This document shows, piece by piece, positions 13,361 to 26,119 of a stretch of 64,000 bases of DNA. The stretch is from Eledone cirrhosa. Taxonomy: Eukaryota. The position numbers were made by a program, and so were the translations under genes. The notes under the pieces were generated by a model. The model saw only the letters and a program-made list of their open reading frames with translations. It searched no databases and was not told the origin of the DNA. The number at the start of each line of letters is the position of its first letter. The first letter of the stretch is position 1. The stretch covers positions 343,790,001 to 343,854,000 of the forward strand of contig OZ024741.1 in the NCBI GenBank assembly GCA_964016885.1, read 5' to 3'.

Positions 13361-15838
13361 TCAGAAGAGCGCGCGCTCCATTTTGGCGAGCGTTTTGGCT
13401 GGACAAGGAACGACGGTCAAGCGGTAGTAGATGGCGGACGCTATAAAAGTGTTCGCCACCTCCGCTCGACCTTTCAAGGATAGTTTGCACTCGGCCCACT
13501 TCTGGGTGAGTGCAAACACCTTGGCCGTCACTTCGTTCCAGTTCTTCTCCACCTGGAGGTCCGGACCAAACCAGACCCCGAGCAGCTTTACCGGTCCTTC
13601 CGTCCAGCGTCCGACGACGCCATCGGAAAGCATCGGTCTGCCTCTCCACGATCCGAGTTGCAAACCGATGGACTTGTCCCGGATCAGCTTCGCTCCTGTG
13701 AGACTTTCGTATTCCTTCAGTAAGGTGCCGACTTCCTCGATTTGCGAGGCGCTCGACACCATTACTGTCACGTCGTCAGCGTAGGCCGACGCCGCTTTCC
13801 GCAGTCCCAGTTCCAGAGGGATGCCCTGCAATAGCTCCAGCTTCCGCAGTAGTGGCTCGAGAGTCAGTACGTACAGAAGGGAGGAGAGAGTGCATCCCTG
13901 TCGAATGGATCGCGTAATATGGAACGGCTCCGAGAGGTAGCCGTTCACCTTGACTCTTGAGCAGATGTTGCTGTTGTGCATTGCAGCAATCCAGCCCCTG
14001 AACACGGGTCCGAAGCCTGCCGCCTCGAGCACCGCATCCAGGTAACGATGGTCAACCCTATCGAAAGCCTTAGACTGATCCAAGTTGATCAGGGCCCCAC
14101 CGAAGCCGGGTTTACACCCTACCCTCTCTATGATGTATCGCATGAGGTGGAGGTTGTCGTGTATGGACCTGGTCGGGATTGCGCATGTCTGCGCTTCTCC
14201 CGCCAGGTTCTCGACGACAAGCGCCAGTCTCTTTGCCAACACCTTGGCCAAAATCTGTAACTCTGTGTTTAGCAGAGTTATGGGCCGGAAGTTGCCTATG
14301 TCATCCCCCTTATTCTTGTCCTTCCTGATTAGTGTGACCACGCCCCCGGTTACAGAACTGGGAATTCTCCCGTCCTGTTGCCAGTTGCAGTAGACCGCTT
14401 CCAGGAGACCGGAGAATAAGTCCGGCATTGCTACGTAAAATTCGTAGGGTAGACCGTCGAGACCTGGAGATTTGCGTTTGCCGCATTGGCTCAGCGCGTC
14501 CCCTATCTCAGTGGCTGAAATCGGCTTTTCGCAGAACTTTGCCTCGCTGTCCGAGAGTCGCGGTAGGCCGTCGAGGTATGGACCGAAATCCATAGCCTCT
14601 CCCGGCGCGCCGCTCCCCCCGAACAGCCGAGCAAAGTGCCGCTGAAAAGCCGCACACATCTGCCTCGGCTCACGTATCACGCGTCCGTTTTGGTCCTTCA
14701 AAGACCGAATCGTGGACTTGTTGCCACTTTTTGCCTCCGTCACTCGGGCCCAGCTAACAGCTTTGGCTCCCTCGTTTCCCAGAGCACGTATTTTGCTTCT
14801 GACAACGCAGCCCTCGTGCTTTGCGTCGAAGAACTGGTCCAAGGCCGTTCTCGTCGCTAGCACGCTGGCTACGTTGCCACTTCTAATTGCCTCTTCTACT
14901 TTATCTACCAGTTCCTTCTCGGTTCTATTTCTATCTAACGCTAATTCTTTACTAAAAACTATCGAGTCTAATCTAACTGCCCTCTTGAGAGAGTACCACC
15001 ATCTGTTGTTGACAATGGCCCCTGTCAAGTGCTGTTTAACTAAAGTGCTAATCCGTCTACTGTAGGCTTTGCTTGTCGGTAACGACAAGTTCAGCTTCCA
15101 GTAGCCGGGTCCTTGTCTATGGGTTCTATCAAGGTTGGCCATGCAGGTCTCTAGTTTGTGATCTGAATAGGCAACCATGAACATTTGTGGACAGCTTAAC
15201 ATGTCCCTATCCTTATTTCTAACTAGAACACTATCTAGGTACGATCTAGATGTTCCGCTACGATTACTCCACGTCCACAGTGGCGCAGTCGGAAAATCTA
15301 GTCGATATCTATCGGCCAGGTCAAATCGGTCGATTAACTGTTTGAGGCTGTTACACCCCCCTTTATCGGGACATGCTCCCACATAGTCCCAACGTGCATC
15401 TAGGATTCCATTCCAGTCCCCCACTAAAAGCAAGGAGCGGGACGTTCCCAGAAAAGTCTCTAGACGTTTGAAGAAGTCTGGCCGCGGTGTCCCGGATGGG
15501 GCATATGCGGCCACCAGCCTGAAGGCTCCACCTTCACTACCGTCAACGTCTAGGACCACCAGTCGACCCTCCGGGTCCAGATGTACTGTCTGTGTTACGA
15601 GGCCCAGGTGTTTCCGCAGCAAAACGGCAACTCCTCCCCCACCCCCCGGTTGACAGAGAGATGCGTAGATCTCAAAGTCATCAAAGATGGGGGCCAGCTG
15701 TCGCTCGCCGTGGATCCTGGACTCGCAAATGGTTACCACATCCATACTGTGCGACCTGAGGTCGTTTAAGAGTTTGCCCTGTTTCCAGGGCATCCCCAGG
15801 CCGCGTACGTTCACACATCCAACTCTTATATTGGCCAT
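13361..15838 (-). CDS. Tx1/L1 ORF2: AP endonuclease + reverse transcriptase, premature stop after RT
   Basis: NVRG, GDWN, YLD, SDH (APE); SPGLDG, FRPITLLN, LDQSKAFDRVDH, RQGC, AYADD (RT). Confidence 0.92.
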   Translation of the reverse strand: MANIRVGCVNVRGLGMPWKQGKLLNDLRSHSMDVVTICESRIHGERQLAPIFDDFEIYASLCQPGGGGGVAVLLRKHLGLVTQTVHLDPEGRLVVLDVDGSEGGAFRLVAAYAPSGTPRPDFFKRLETFLGTSRSLLLVGDWNGILDARWDYVGACPDKGGCNSLKQLIDRFDLADRYRLDFPTAPLWTWSNRSGTSRSYLDSVLVRNKDRDMLSCPQMFMVAYSDHKLETCMANLDRTHRQGPGYWKLNLSLPTSKAYSRRISTLVKQHLTGAIVNNRWWYSLKRAVRLDSIVFSKELALDRNRTEKELVDKVEEAIRSGNVASVLATRTALDQFFDAKHEGCVVRSKIRALGNEGAKAVSWARVTEAKSGNKSTIRSLKDQNGRVIREPRQMCAAFQRHFARLFGGSGAPGEAMDFGPYLDGLPRLSDSEAKFCEKPISATEIGDALSQCGKRKSPGLDGLPYEFYVAMPDLFSGLLEAVYCNWQQDGRIPSSVTGGVVTLIRKDKNKGDDIGNFRPITLLNTELQILAKVLAKRLALVVENLAGEAQTCAIPTRSIHDNLHLMRYIIERVGCKPGFGGALINLDQSKAFDRVDHRYLDAVLEAAGFGPVFRGWIAAMHNSNICSRVKVNGYLSEPFHITRSIRQGCTLSSLLYVLTLEPLLRKLELLQGIPLELGLRKAASAYADDVTVMVSSASQIEEVGTLLKEYESLTGAKLIRDKSIGLQLGSWRGRPMLSDGVVGRWTEGPVKLLGVWFGPDLQVEKNWNEVTAKVFALTQKWAECKLSLKGRAEVANTFIASAIYYRLTVVPCPAKTLAKMERALF

Positions 15839-15871
15839 GTTGGTGCTGAAAAGTTAAAAGAGGAAAAGAGA

Positions 15872-17311
15872 TCACTCACCCTTCGCCTCCTGGGGACCAG
15901 GCCGCACGATTTCCATGGGGGTGTTGGAGGGGTTGTCTGGATGGGTGGTGGTTTCCGGCGGGGTGGGGATGCAGATGTTTGGTGGGGTGGGGTCTGGTGG
16001 GATGGGGGTGTCTGGGGTGGGAAGGCATTTGAGAAGGACGCGGTTGAGTGGTTTCACGCAGGAATTCCCCACATCCTTCTCAAATGTTTCTTTTAGGGAC
16101 CTATAAATTTGTATAGGGACCCTAATCAGTTTTAGGTTCAGTTTTTTGCTATTTTTAATAGAGTGGGCGAAAGTTTTCCCTTCGGTGAAAACCGAAGGGT
16201 CGTTCGTGATGGTCTCCATTAGTGTTTTGTTTTCAGTGTTTATGTAAGTGTAAGTGTAATTTTCTTGTGTTGTGTTTGTTTTTGTCTGTAGTTCTTGTGT
16301 GTGCTTTCGTTTTGTTGTAGGTATTTTGTTTTCAGGAGGTGGGGGTTTTGTTTGTGATATTTTTGTTGTTTGTGTTGGTGGTTGTATGTTTGTGGTAGTG
16401 TTTGCTGGTTTTTTGCTTTTGTGATGTCTTTTCTTTCTTTTCGAGCGATGGGGTTCTCCCTCGTCTTCACTGGGTGATGGCCAGATAGCCTCATCTGTTG
16501 TATCGTCTGTGTGATTGGGGAAGGGTATGTCTTGGGGAGCTGTTGTGTCTGTATGTGATTTTGCAGTGGTTTTAGGTGGAGTGGGGTTGGGTGGGACTGT
16601 GTTTGTTGTGGTTATTTTTGTGTGTTGGTGTTGTTGTTGTTGTGGTGGTGTTGGTGGTTGTGTTGTTTTGATGGGTGTCGGCAGAAGAGCCTTTTTTTGG
16701 TTCATTAGTTTAGGACAGGAAGCCCTCAGGTGACCCCTGCTAAAGCAATGGTAACATGAAGGCCGCCTACCCTCAACCGAAAGGTTTATGTAGGTGAGTC
16801 CGTCCAGGAGTACACGCTGTGGGATCATAGCTATTCGCTCTGGGCTCATTTGCACCAGAACTTCAATGCTAGTCCCATTGAATACATCTCTGGGGGCCTT
16901 TCCTACTGACAGTATTCTGTCTTCATCAAAATTGATGAAGCCGCACAGTATCCACCATATGTTCACCTTTGGTGTGACACTTGTGATTCTGATCTTTTGT
17001 GTCCTTTTTCCCATGTATGTAGGGAAAAAGGTGTACAGGTTGGATACAATTGGCGACACAGAGTAATTTTGGGCCGTCAATTGATCCTTCATGAGTACCG
17101 AAATACTCCCCAAAAATTTGCTTCTTTGAATGAATGCAATATCATTCATTGAATTTTTGAAAACCAGTTCAATTTCTTTCTGTGACAATTGGACTGGTTT
17201 TCGGGTAGAATTGGAAACTGTCCTAAAAACTATCGTTTTGAGAGCAGTTTCCTTGCGAATTTCTACCGGAGAATTGATGCTGAAAGCACCATTTTTTTTC
17301 GAAGGTGACAT
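15872..17311 (-). CDS. Tx1 ORF1 (gag-like, CCHC zinc knuckle, Pro/Thr-rich tail)
   Basis: SVEGRRPSCYHCFSRGHLRASC; directly upstream of ORF2; 17363-17788 is probably its frameshifted N-terminus. Confidence 0.8.
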   Translation of the reverse strand: MSPSKKNGAFSINSPVEIRKETALKTIVFRTVSNSTRKPVQLSQKEIELVFKNSMNDIAFIQRSKFLGSISVLMKDQLTAQNYSVSPIVSNLYTFFPTYMGKRTQKIRITSVTPKVNIWWILCGFINFDEDRILSVGKAPRDVFNGTSIEVLVQMSPERIAMIPQRVLLDGLTYINLSVEGRRPSCYHCFSRGHLRASCPKLMNQKKALLPTPIKTTQPPTPPQQQQHQHTKITTTNTVPPNPTPPKTTAKSHTDTTAPQDIPFPNHTDDTTDEAIWPSPSEDEGEPHRSKRKKRHHKSKKPANTTTNIQPPTQTTKISQTKPPPPENKIPTTKRKHTQELQTKTNTTQENYTYTYINTENKTLMETITNDPSVFTEGKTFAHSIKNSKKLNLKLIRVPIQIYRSLKETFEKDVGNSCVKPLNRVLLKCLPTPDTPIPPDPTPPNICIPTPPETTTHPDNPSNTPMEIVRPGPQEAKGE

Positions 17312-18215
17312 ATCTCTTAGCGTCCTTTAAAAGTTGTTCAGCATTTGTTATGTCGAGATATTTCAATTGTTCTTTCTTTTGAACTTTCTCTGCAAAGGAG
17401 ATTTTTGGTTTCTTTGTGGAATCCGTATTGGTGGTGTTGTCATTATTGTTGTTATTGTTGTTGTTATTCTTGTTGCCACCGATGTTGGTATCATCCGTAT
17501 TTTCCTTGGTGTTGTTGTTGTCTTTGATGCTGGTGTTATTGGCGTTGTCTTTATTTTTTTCTTTGTTGTTGTTATCATTGTTGCTTTTATCATCATTATT
17601 GGTTTTGCTGTTATTTCTGTTGTCATTGAACTGTTTGGTGTCATTTGTGTTGTTTGGATATGAATTCGTTTTTTATTTTCATTTTGTCTTTCCATCTCTA
17701 TAGTATCTAGTGAAGAAGACGTTGTTGACTGCGAGCTTTGTAGTCTTACCGCCTCTCCACCACCATTATCGTTGGACGCAGCGTTCATAACGTAATCAAA
17801 ATTTTACAATATTTTTTCCAAGATTCGATGGAGAAAAATTTTTTAAATGGATATTCCGCTCCTGTAGGGGGCGAAAATGAGTTGACCCAGCACCTGAAGG
17901 TCCAGACGGGTGGTCAAGTTACACAATGATATAAAATTTAACTAAAAACTCACGTTTTTTTCTTACATAAATTAACGGAAACTTCTCCGCGAAGTGACAC
18001 ACGTCTGATAGAGAGATAGACAGATAGATAGATAGATAGATAAATCGATAGATAGATAGATAAATCGATATATATATATAAATATAAATGAAGTAATGCC
18101 GTCGGAAAGGTCCATGAAAAAAGAGTGCTCTATGTAGGTTACAGAGCTTATTAGTTATGTAATAAACAACATAAGATGGTGGTACTGCTGCTAGTATGAT
18201 ATTTATATTGACACA

Positions 18216-18271
18216 TACCAGTGGTTTCTTGAAAGCAAACAAATCTGCTTGCTTTCAAGAAACCACTGGTA
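18216..18271. repeat. 56 bp hairpin whose right arm reads as an HHR 3' half
   Basis: TACCAGTGGTTTCTTGAAAGCAA-10 nt loop-TTGCTTTCAAGAAACCACTGGTA. Confidence 0.75.
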
Positions 18272-18306
18272 AATGAAATAATTATCTTATGTTGTTTAAT
18301 ACATAA

Positions 18307-18341
<35 letters not shown>

Positions 18342-19020
18342 ACTTTCTTTTTATTTGCCACCAGGGCATCAAAGAGAGGACAAGTACAATGGGGGGGGGG
18401 GGCGTTTACATAAAATGGCGTCCTCAATAAGGAGGCGCAATAACAAAATATAAAAATATAAAATATAAAATATAACAAAAATAAATTGAAAAACAAAATC
18501 CTCAATAACGAGGAGGCGCCTTGGGGGTCGCACACACCCCCGAAAAAAGTGTGCAACCCTTCTCCTCAGGTGCAGAGAGAGAGGGTGCTCCCATGAACTT
18601 TCATCTTTATCACCTACAGTCTTATGTAGAGTGAAGGCCCATTCACACAAGCCATTCTCCCCACTTTCACCCATCTTTCATAAAAACGGCTGGGGTGCAG
18701 CACCTCTCTCTCCATCCTGATCCTTCTTCCGAAATGATATCGGAGGAAACGGACCAGTTGTTGGCCAGAGAGAAAGGTGTCTGACCTCAGCCCTTTCAGA
18801 CGCGTCCACCATACAACCTCTTTCGCCATGGCTATTACGCACAGAAACACCGCCTCTCCTTCGTTTTTGAAGAGGGGAGGCGACTTGATCGTTACAATAG
18901 ACTCGGTGGTCAACCGGATCGGTCCCACCCTTGACAGCAGTTGTTCGACATAACACCACAGATCGGCAATGCCCGAGCAGTGTACCAATGCGTGTGCAAC
19001 GGTTTCCTCGTCGCACACGC
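18342..19020 (-). mobile_element. 5'-truncated Tx1 copy (ORF2 C-terminus plus 3' UTR)
   Basis: 18614-19018 translation closely matches 12443-13027; AATAAA end; microsatellite flanks. Confidence 0.88.
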
Positions 19021-19069
19021 GATAGATAGATGTATATATAGATAGATGTATATATATCTAAAGGTTAAA

Positions 19070-19964
<895 letters not shown>

Positions 19965-20041
19965 TATATATATATATATATATATATCTATGTATATATA
20001 TATATATATATATGTATGTATATATATATATATATATATAT

Positions 20042-20740
20042 AGACAGCTCGTAGTATAGGGGAACGAATAAATGAACACTGGCGAGACCTCCAAGATAAT
20101 AAAGAATCATCTGTGCTCTACCAACATGCTAAGATAGAACACAGGGGTAGATTAGAGAACATAGAAATAAAAATAGAATCCACACACAGAAAAGATGCAA
20201 TGTTTAGGCAAATTACAGAGGCAGTAAGCATAAAAGAATTACAACCAAAATTAAATAGAAAATATGAGTGGAACAGCAACATCACAACTTACAATTAAGG
20301 ACAAAATGAAAACACACACAGGACACAATGAAAACACACACACACATAGAACAAACAACCAACCAACAATAAATAAATAAATAAATAAACAAATAGATAA
20401 ATGAACACAAACACACACAGACACCCGGATGTGGCGCATGCGCAAACTGAGCACACAACACACACACAGAAACAAAATGGCGTAGGATAGAAGAAAGGAA
20501 AGGCACAGAAACAAAGAAAGGAATCCCCAGTCACTGAAGATGTCACAGAGTGTGTGACGAAAGGACTATGACTATATATAAACAACTATCTGGTTGTGGA
20601 ACCAACCAACCAACCAGAAATTTATAAGTTTGTAAATTTGTAAATTTATAAATTTATAAATATATAATAAATTGAAGTGAAAGCAACTGGTGCGTGTGTT
20701 TCTTATTGGCAACATGACCCTCCCAAAGTATAACAATATC
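20042..20740 (+). mobile_element. 5'-truncated Penelope-like element (GIY-YIG C-terminus plus 3' repeat)
   Basis: TARSIGERINEH..SVLYQHAKIEH..RQITEAVSIKELQPKLN; 20303-20740 is repeated at 51463-51900. Confidence 0.75.
20529..20573 (+). ncRNA. Type I hammerhead ribozyme motif in PLE 3' repeat
   Basis: AGUCA-CUGAAGA-U-GUCACA GAGUG UGUGAC-GAAA-GGAC-UA-UGACU. Confidence 0.75.
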
Positions 20741-20793
20741 GGTTTCAACACACGATTTCAGATATAGAATCTTGCTAAACAAATTCAGAAACG

Positions 20794-20825
<32 letters not shown>

Positions 20826-21335
20826 CGAGAGAGAGAGAGAAAGAGAGAGAGATTGACATATCTAACTTATCACTCTATTCATATGTCACTTTTCTTCTTC
20901 ATGCCCATGATTTTAATGGGCCGCGTGCAACACAGGATACCTTCATCAAAAGATGTAATGTTAAACCTTAACTCTATGTTATATTCAGCAATTTGTAATA
21001 CGAATAGTTCTTAGATTATTACTAACATGCTGTAAAATGTGTACATCGTTTTTCTTTCTATTTTGCTATTAATAATGCTTCCATATCCAATCCAACCATT
21101 AGTACTTTCTGTGATATTCTTTCTAAAGTCGTTTTTATCAACTAATACTTTCTATCTCGTTACTTATCGTGTTGTGTGTTGGTATGTTCTATATAGCTTT
21201 AAAAGAAAAAATAAGTAAAATCTTGAATAAGATTTTATCTTCAATATAATATGTATGAATGAAAAACGACTCCCTATATACACAAATATGCATCTATGCA
21301 TATATGTATGTAAGTAGGTATATACAGACACACGA

Positions 21336-21415
<80 letters not shown>

Positions 21416-21689
21416 GTGTGTGTGTGTGTGTGTGTGTATACATATATATGTGTGTGTGTGTACACACACATCTATATATAAGTACTTACCACTTGTTATG
21501 ATTCATGGAAAGCATACAGGTATAAGGATTATAGGTGCGTTTTCAATGTTACCTGCAATTGAATGTGAAATTAATATTGAAGCTGACTAAACAGGCAATT
21601 TCATAATATTTCTACTCCATTGTGCACTTAGCGCCCCTACATATTTTATCTGGAAAGTTCCTTTCTATTGAGAAGGCGTAGACTGCCTT

Positions 21690-22170
21690 TTTTATATCTT
21701 TCTCCGTCATTCTCTGTGACGCTAAACTCCGCCAGTTGCAGACTGCGCATTAACATGTGATATCTCTCTCCACAAAGTTCGATCACCAGAAGCAGAGTTT
21801 AAAGAGTAAAGATCAAGTCCAGTCCATGAATTGACATTGTCAAGCCATCGTTTTGGCTGCCGCCTCTGCTTGTCGTCCAATTAACACAGTCAAGACCATA
21901 TAACACAACTGGTAGGATGCAAGTATCGAAGATCTTAGCCTTCAAATGATAGGAAACTCGTTTTGATGTTAGTACTTCCTTGTTCCTGTTGAAAGCTTCC
22001 CAACCTAGAGTGATGCGATACTGCACAACGACCATTCCATTGTTGTTGGATGCTAGTTTGTGACCGAGATATACTAACTCTGTAAAGTGAGCAGTTTGCT
22101 GGTTGTAGATTATAAGTTGAAGATTGGCATTGTTTTTTTCTCGGTCATTGATAATGTCCAAATGCAAAAT
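21690..22170 (-). pseudogene. RTE-clade LINE fragment (post-RT region and 3' end)
   Basis: LVYLG..RITLGWEAF..LKAKIFDTCILPVVLYG; downstream frame gives RRQPKRWLDNV. Confidence 0.75.
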
Positions 22171-22521
22171 GGATTTTGGCCGGAATAGAGAGAGATTGTA
22201 ACCAGTGTCAACACAAGAGTTGAAGAAAACCTTATCACAAAAAATTCATTCCATTGTTCCAAAGATGTTTCCAATCCTTCCGCCCTACACTAGGATTCTA
22301 ATTATAGGAACGTGAAATTATAAAGGCCAAACTGGACCTCAGACGGATTTCAACAAAACTCGCAGATAACCAGAAGAGATTCTGCATAACATCTTATCCA
22401 ACGTTCCAGCGTTTTTGCTAATTCACCACCCGCATATACTGTGAAAAATATTCGTGGTATAGCCACAGCTTCAATACTAATTATCACTGGCATTTAAATG
22501 TTTATTCTTTCTTTCTTCTTC

Positions 22522-22597
<76 letters not shown>

Positions 22598-22641
22598 ATC
22601 TCTCTTTATATAACCCCCCCCCCACACACACACACACAAAC

Positions 22642-22705
<64 letters not shown>

Positions 22706-22749
22706 CGATAGAGAGAGATTTAGAGAGAGATTTAGAGAGATTTAGAGAG

Positions 22750-22811
<62 letters not shown>

Positions 22812-22827
22812 TTAAGGATGGAAGGAA

Positions 22828-22861
<34 letters not shown>

Positions 22862-23274
22862 GCATACATGTATATACGTGAGGAACTTAGCTTCTTTGCG
22901 CATAGTAAAAAGACAGATTTATTATGCCTGAAATGTCTCCGTGTTAACTTCAACGAGTAAAACTTGGGGTATAACAACAATACCAGCAACGGCAAAAACA
23001 AAAGAAAAAACTACAACGTTTACCAGGGAAGGTGGCTGACTATAGTTTATCCCATTGCAGGTCCTCACTGGCTCGTGTTATCGATGTGAGTGCCGCTAAT
23101 ATTGAATAGCAGTAGGTGGCTAACTTCATAAGACAAGTAGGTGTAGAAGCAATACTAATAAGATGGAATTCTGAAGAGGGAGCTTTGGGTAAATGTTTAG
23201 CGCAGACATTTAGAGGTGATACGGTGTAGGCAACAACGTGAATTGGTTGGAAAACGAATTTAACTAGCAGCCGG

Positions 23275-23600
23275 CAGCTAATTGGCAGGGTCGAACAAAA
23301 TACTTTGCGGTATTTGTTTTGGCATTTTATGTTCTGATTTTAAATCCCACTATGATTAACTTTAACTTGTATCTACCTGTGTCCGATAAAATCTTGTAGC
23401 AGCCCCAAATAAATGGATTATTAGGATTGGCAATGCGTTGGCCAAAATATTTTACGATATTGACACCGGGCTTTAACGCCCTGCGTTCAAATGTACTCGC
23501 GAACAACTTCGACTTTCATTCTTATTGGTCGATAAGATAAAGTAGAAATTGGACGTAGTGAATTGTTCAGATTGATAGAGGTATAAGTGGAATTCGTGTA
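23275..23600 (+). mobile_element. Two degenerate SINE copies
   Basis: TACTTTGCGGTATT..GTTCTGATTTTAAATCCCAC; GTTCAAAT..TTTCATTCTT..GGTCGATAA. Confidence 0.45.
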
Positions 23601-24093
23601 ACATCTTTACATTTTGAGTTCAAATACCGTCAATGTCATCTTCACTATTCAGAGTTCTGGGTCGATAAAATAACGTACCAATACAATATATTTTGAGGTG
23701 ATCCCTCAGACTCTTCACGTCTTCGGTGCCCATGTAGGCGTCGGAGAATTGTGTATTGTAAGAAAGAAATAGCCGAAGGAAGGTCACGGAATCCACTTCA
23801 TAATTTTCTCTGTAAGACCTTAATGACAAATCCATAGGACTTGACAAAAAAGTCATCAGGAGTCCTTTGCAGACTAATGGTTAAAAGAATGTAGCATGGG
23901 TAACGGGTGAGAAGGTGAGTGTATGGGGTGTAATAGGGTAGATTCTAGAATCCGTTCCAGGAGGAGAGACGCCATTAATCTTAACTGCAGTGCAGAAGTG
24001 TCTGCGAGGAGAAACAGCATGTCTGTGAATTTAGTTTAGATTAGTTAGTGTCTTGCTTGGTGAAAGTATATTTCACAATCAGTTGGATAATCC

Positions 24094-24135
<42 letters not shown>

Positions 24136-24179
24136 GAAAAGTAATCACATATTAAAATAAACCACAGAACAACTACGAA

Positions 24180-24597
24180 GGTAACCACACAACAATAACA
24201 ACATAAAAATAGCCCCAAATTTAACTACATAACAATAATGACCCTATAACAAAAACCACACAACAATGACACCATTACAATAAACACAATATTAACTTCA
24301 CAACAATATTGACACCATAACAATAACCACAATATCAACTTCACAACTATAATGACACCATCACAATAACCACAATATCAACTTCACAACAATGACACCA
24401 TAACAATAACCATAATATCAACTTCACAACAATGACACCATAACAATAACCACAATATCAACTTCACAACTATAATGACACCATCACAATAACCACAATA
24501 TTAACCACACAACAATGACACCATAACAATAACGGCAAAAAGAATTTCAAAACAATAACGAAAACATAACATTAACCCCAAAACTACAGAACAATAA
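24180..24597. repeat. ACA-rich minisatellite, unit about 39-42 bp
   Basis: AATGACACCATAACAATAACCACAATATCAACTTCACAAC repeated. Confidence 0.85.
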
Positions 24598-24790
24598 CAG
24601 TCTGGTGTCCTTGGCCCTGGGCTACCTCCCTACTCACCACCATAGGCGCTAAGCTAGCTAGCCGCAGGTGTGAACCTCGCAAGATGGAATGGCCCTTCCA
24701 GCGCATCTCCCTTACCATCCTCCAGGGAAACGCCTTCTCCATTCTGTCCGCCGGGGCCGCGGGGCGGCCAGCACGTGGTACCCCATTTGC
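24598..24790 (+). pseudogene. CRE-clade non-LTR element 3' fragment (end of restriction-like endonuclease)
   Basis: GC-rich island translating SGVLGP..IGAKLASRRCEPRKMEWPFQRISLTILQGNAFSIL, matching the CRE-type FQRxSxxIxxGNA terminus. Confidence 0.65.
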
Positions 24791-25658
24791 TCATAATACA
24801 GAGAGATGGGGAGGGCGAGAGAGATGGAGTCGATGACAGTGGGAGTTCGGTTCATCCGTGTTCGGACACATTTATCATTTCTATGTTGGTGTTGATAATT
24901 AGTCCGTAATAAGATTACTATCGTATTTTACCGTTAAAATGTTTCCTATACCGGTGCAAATCTTCTTATAAAGAAGAATTTAGTTTAAACTTGAATTATT
25001 ACGAAATTATCAATCCACTTTTTCATTATGAAGTAATACAAACTTGGAAAAAATAGTGTGTACGATAATTTGTTATTTCTAATAACAGAATGAAAATACT
25101 ACGGCTACAAAAGAAACTCCAATAGTACTATCACCACTCCAATTACAGGAATATGGCTATTACACCTTCCAATCTCGATCGTACGTGGACCTGCTAGATC
25201 ATATGGTGCTAACTAAAGAAGCATATATATATTTCATAGTGTAGTTTTTGGTTGTACACAATATATAACGTCTGCTCTATCAGGTGACTATCCCAGGGCT
25301 ATAGAACAACAACTGCAACAGCAATACGACAAAGCCAAACCAATTGTAATACCATGAGCTAATGACGGAGATTCTACATAGTCGCTCCACTTGTTAGATA
25401 TAGCATCCATATCTCCCTCGCATTCCATACAGCTGTCTTAAAAAGGAGCATACTAGATAATATAGTCATAAATAATAGAGTCCTTAAACACAGGAAATTA
25501 ACGGGGTGGTCACGGTAGGAATGCTAATGATCATAGGTTCCCATGGTTGTTGCTGCTCTGGTGCTCAGTAGCATCAACAAACAACAGCCAGAGTAAGAAC
25601 CATTATCACCCCTTCCCTTCAATACAATCATCCCCATCATCACTATCAGTGTTAATAA

Positions 25659-26082
25659 CTGTTTCTACTTTTGGCACAAGGCTAGCCATTAACCCAGTGT
25701 ATTACTGGTACATTATTTTATTTTATCAAGCCCGTGAGGATGAAAGACAAAGTTAACCTCGGCGGATTTTGAACTCAGACTGTAAAGGGTCGTGCCTCTA
25801 TGCTACAAAGCATTGCATCCGACCCTCTACCGATACTGCCAATCCATCGCCCTATCAGTGTTAATGATTTCTACTATAGACACAAAGCCAGCAACTTTTA
25901 AGGAAGGAAAGTCGATTAAATTGACCCCAGTGCATTACTGGTATTTTATTTTATCGACCCCGTAAGGATGAAAGGCAAATCTAACCTCGGTGGGATTTGA
26001 ACTGGGAACGTAAAGTGCCGTAACTCTAAGCTGCAGAGCATGGTGTCTAACACTCTACTGATACTGTCAATCAACCGCCTTG
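25659..26082 (-). mobile_element. Two tandem SINE copies separated and flanked by CTATCAGTGTTAAT
   Basis: Reverse complement of the SINE family; flank motif at 25643, 25852 and 26083. Confidence 0.8.
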
Positions 26083-26119
26083 CTATCAGTGTTAATAACA
26101 AAAGCAACATTGCTACTGC

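Larger units (their letters stand above)
12172..18007 (-). mobile_element. Near full-length Tx1/L1-clade non-LTR retrotransposon inserted in (GATA)n
   Basis: ORF1 with CCHC knuckle, ORF2 with APE + RT + Cys-rich C-terminus, AATAAA at the 3' end, GATA repeats on both flanks. Confidence 0.9.
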
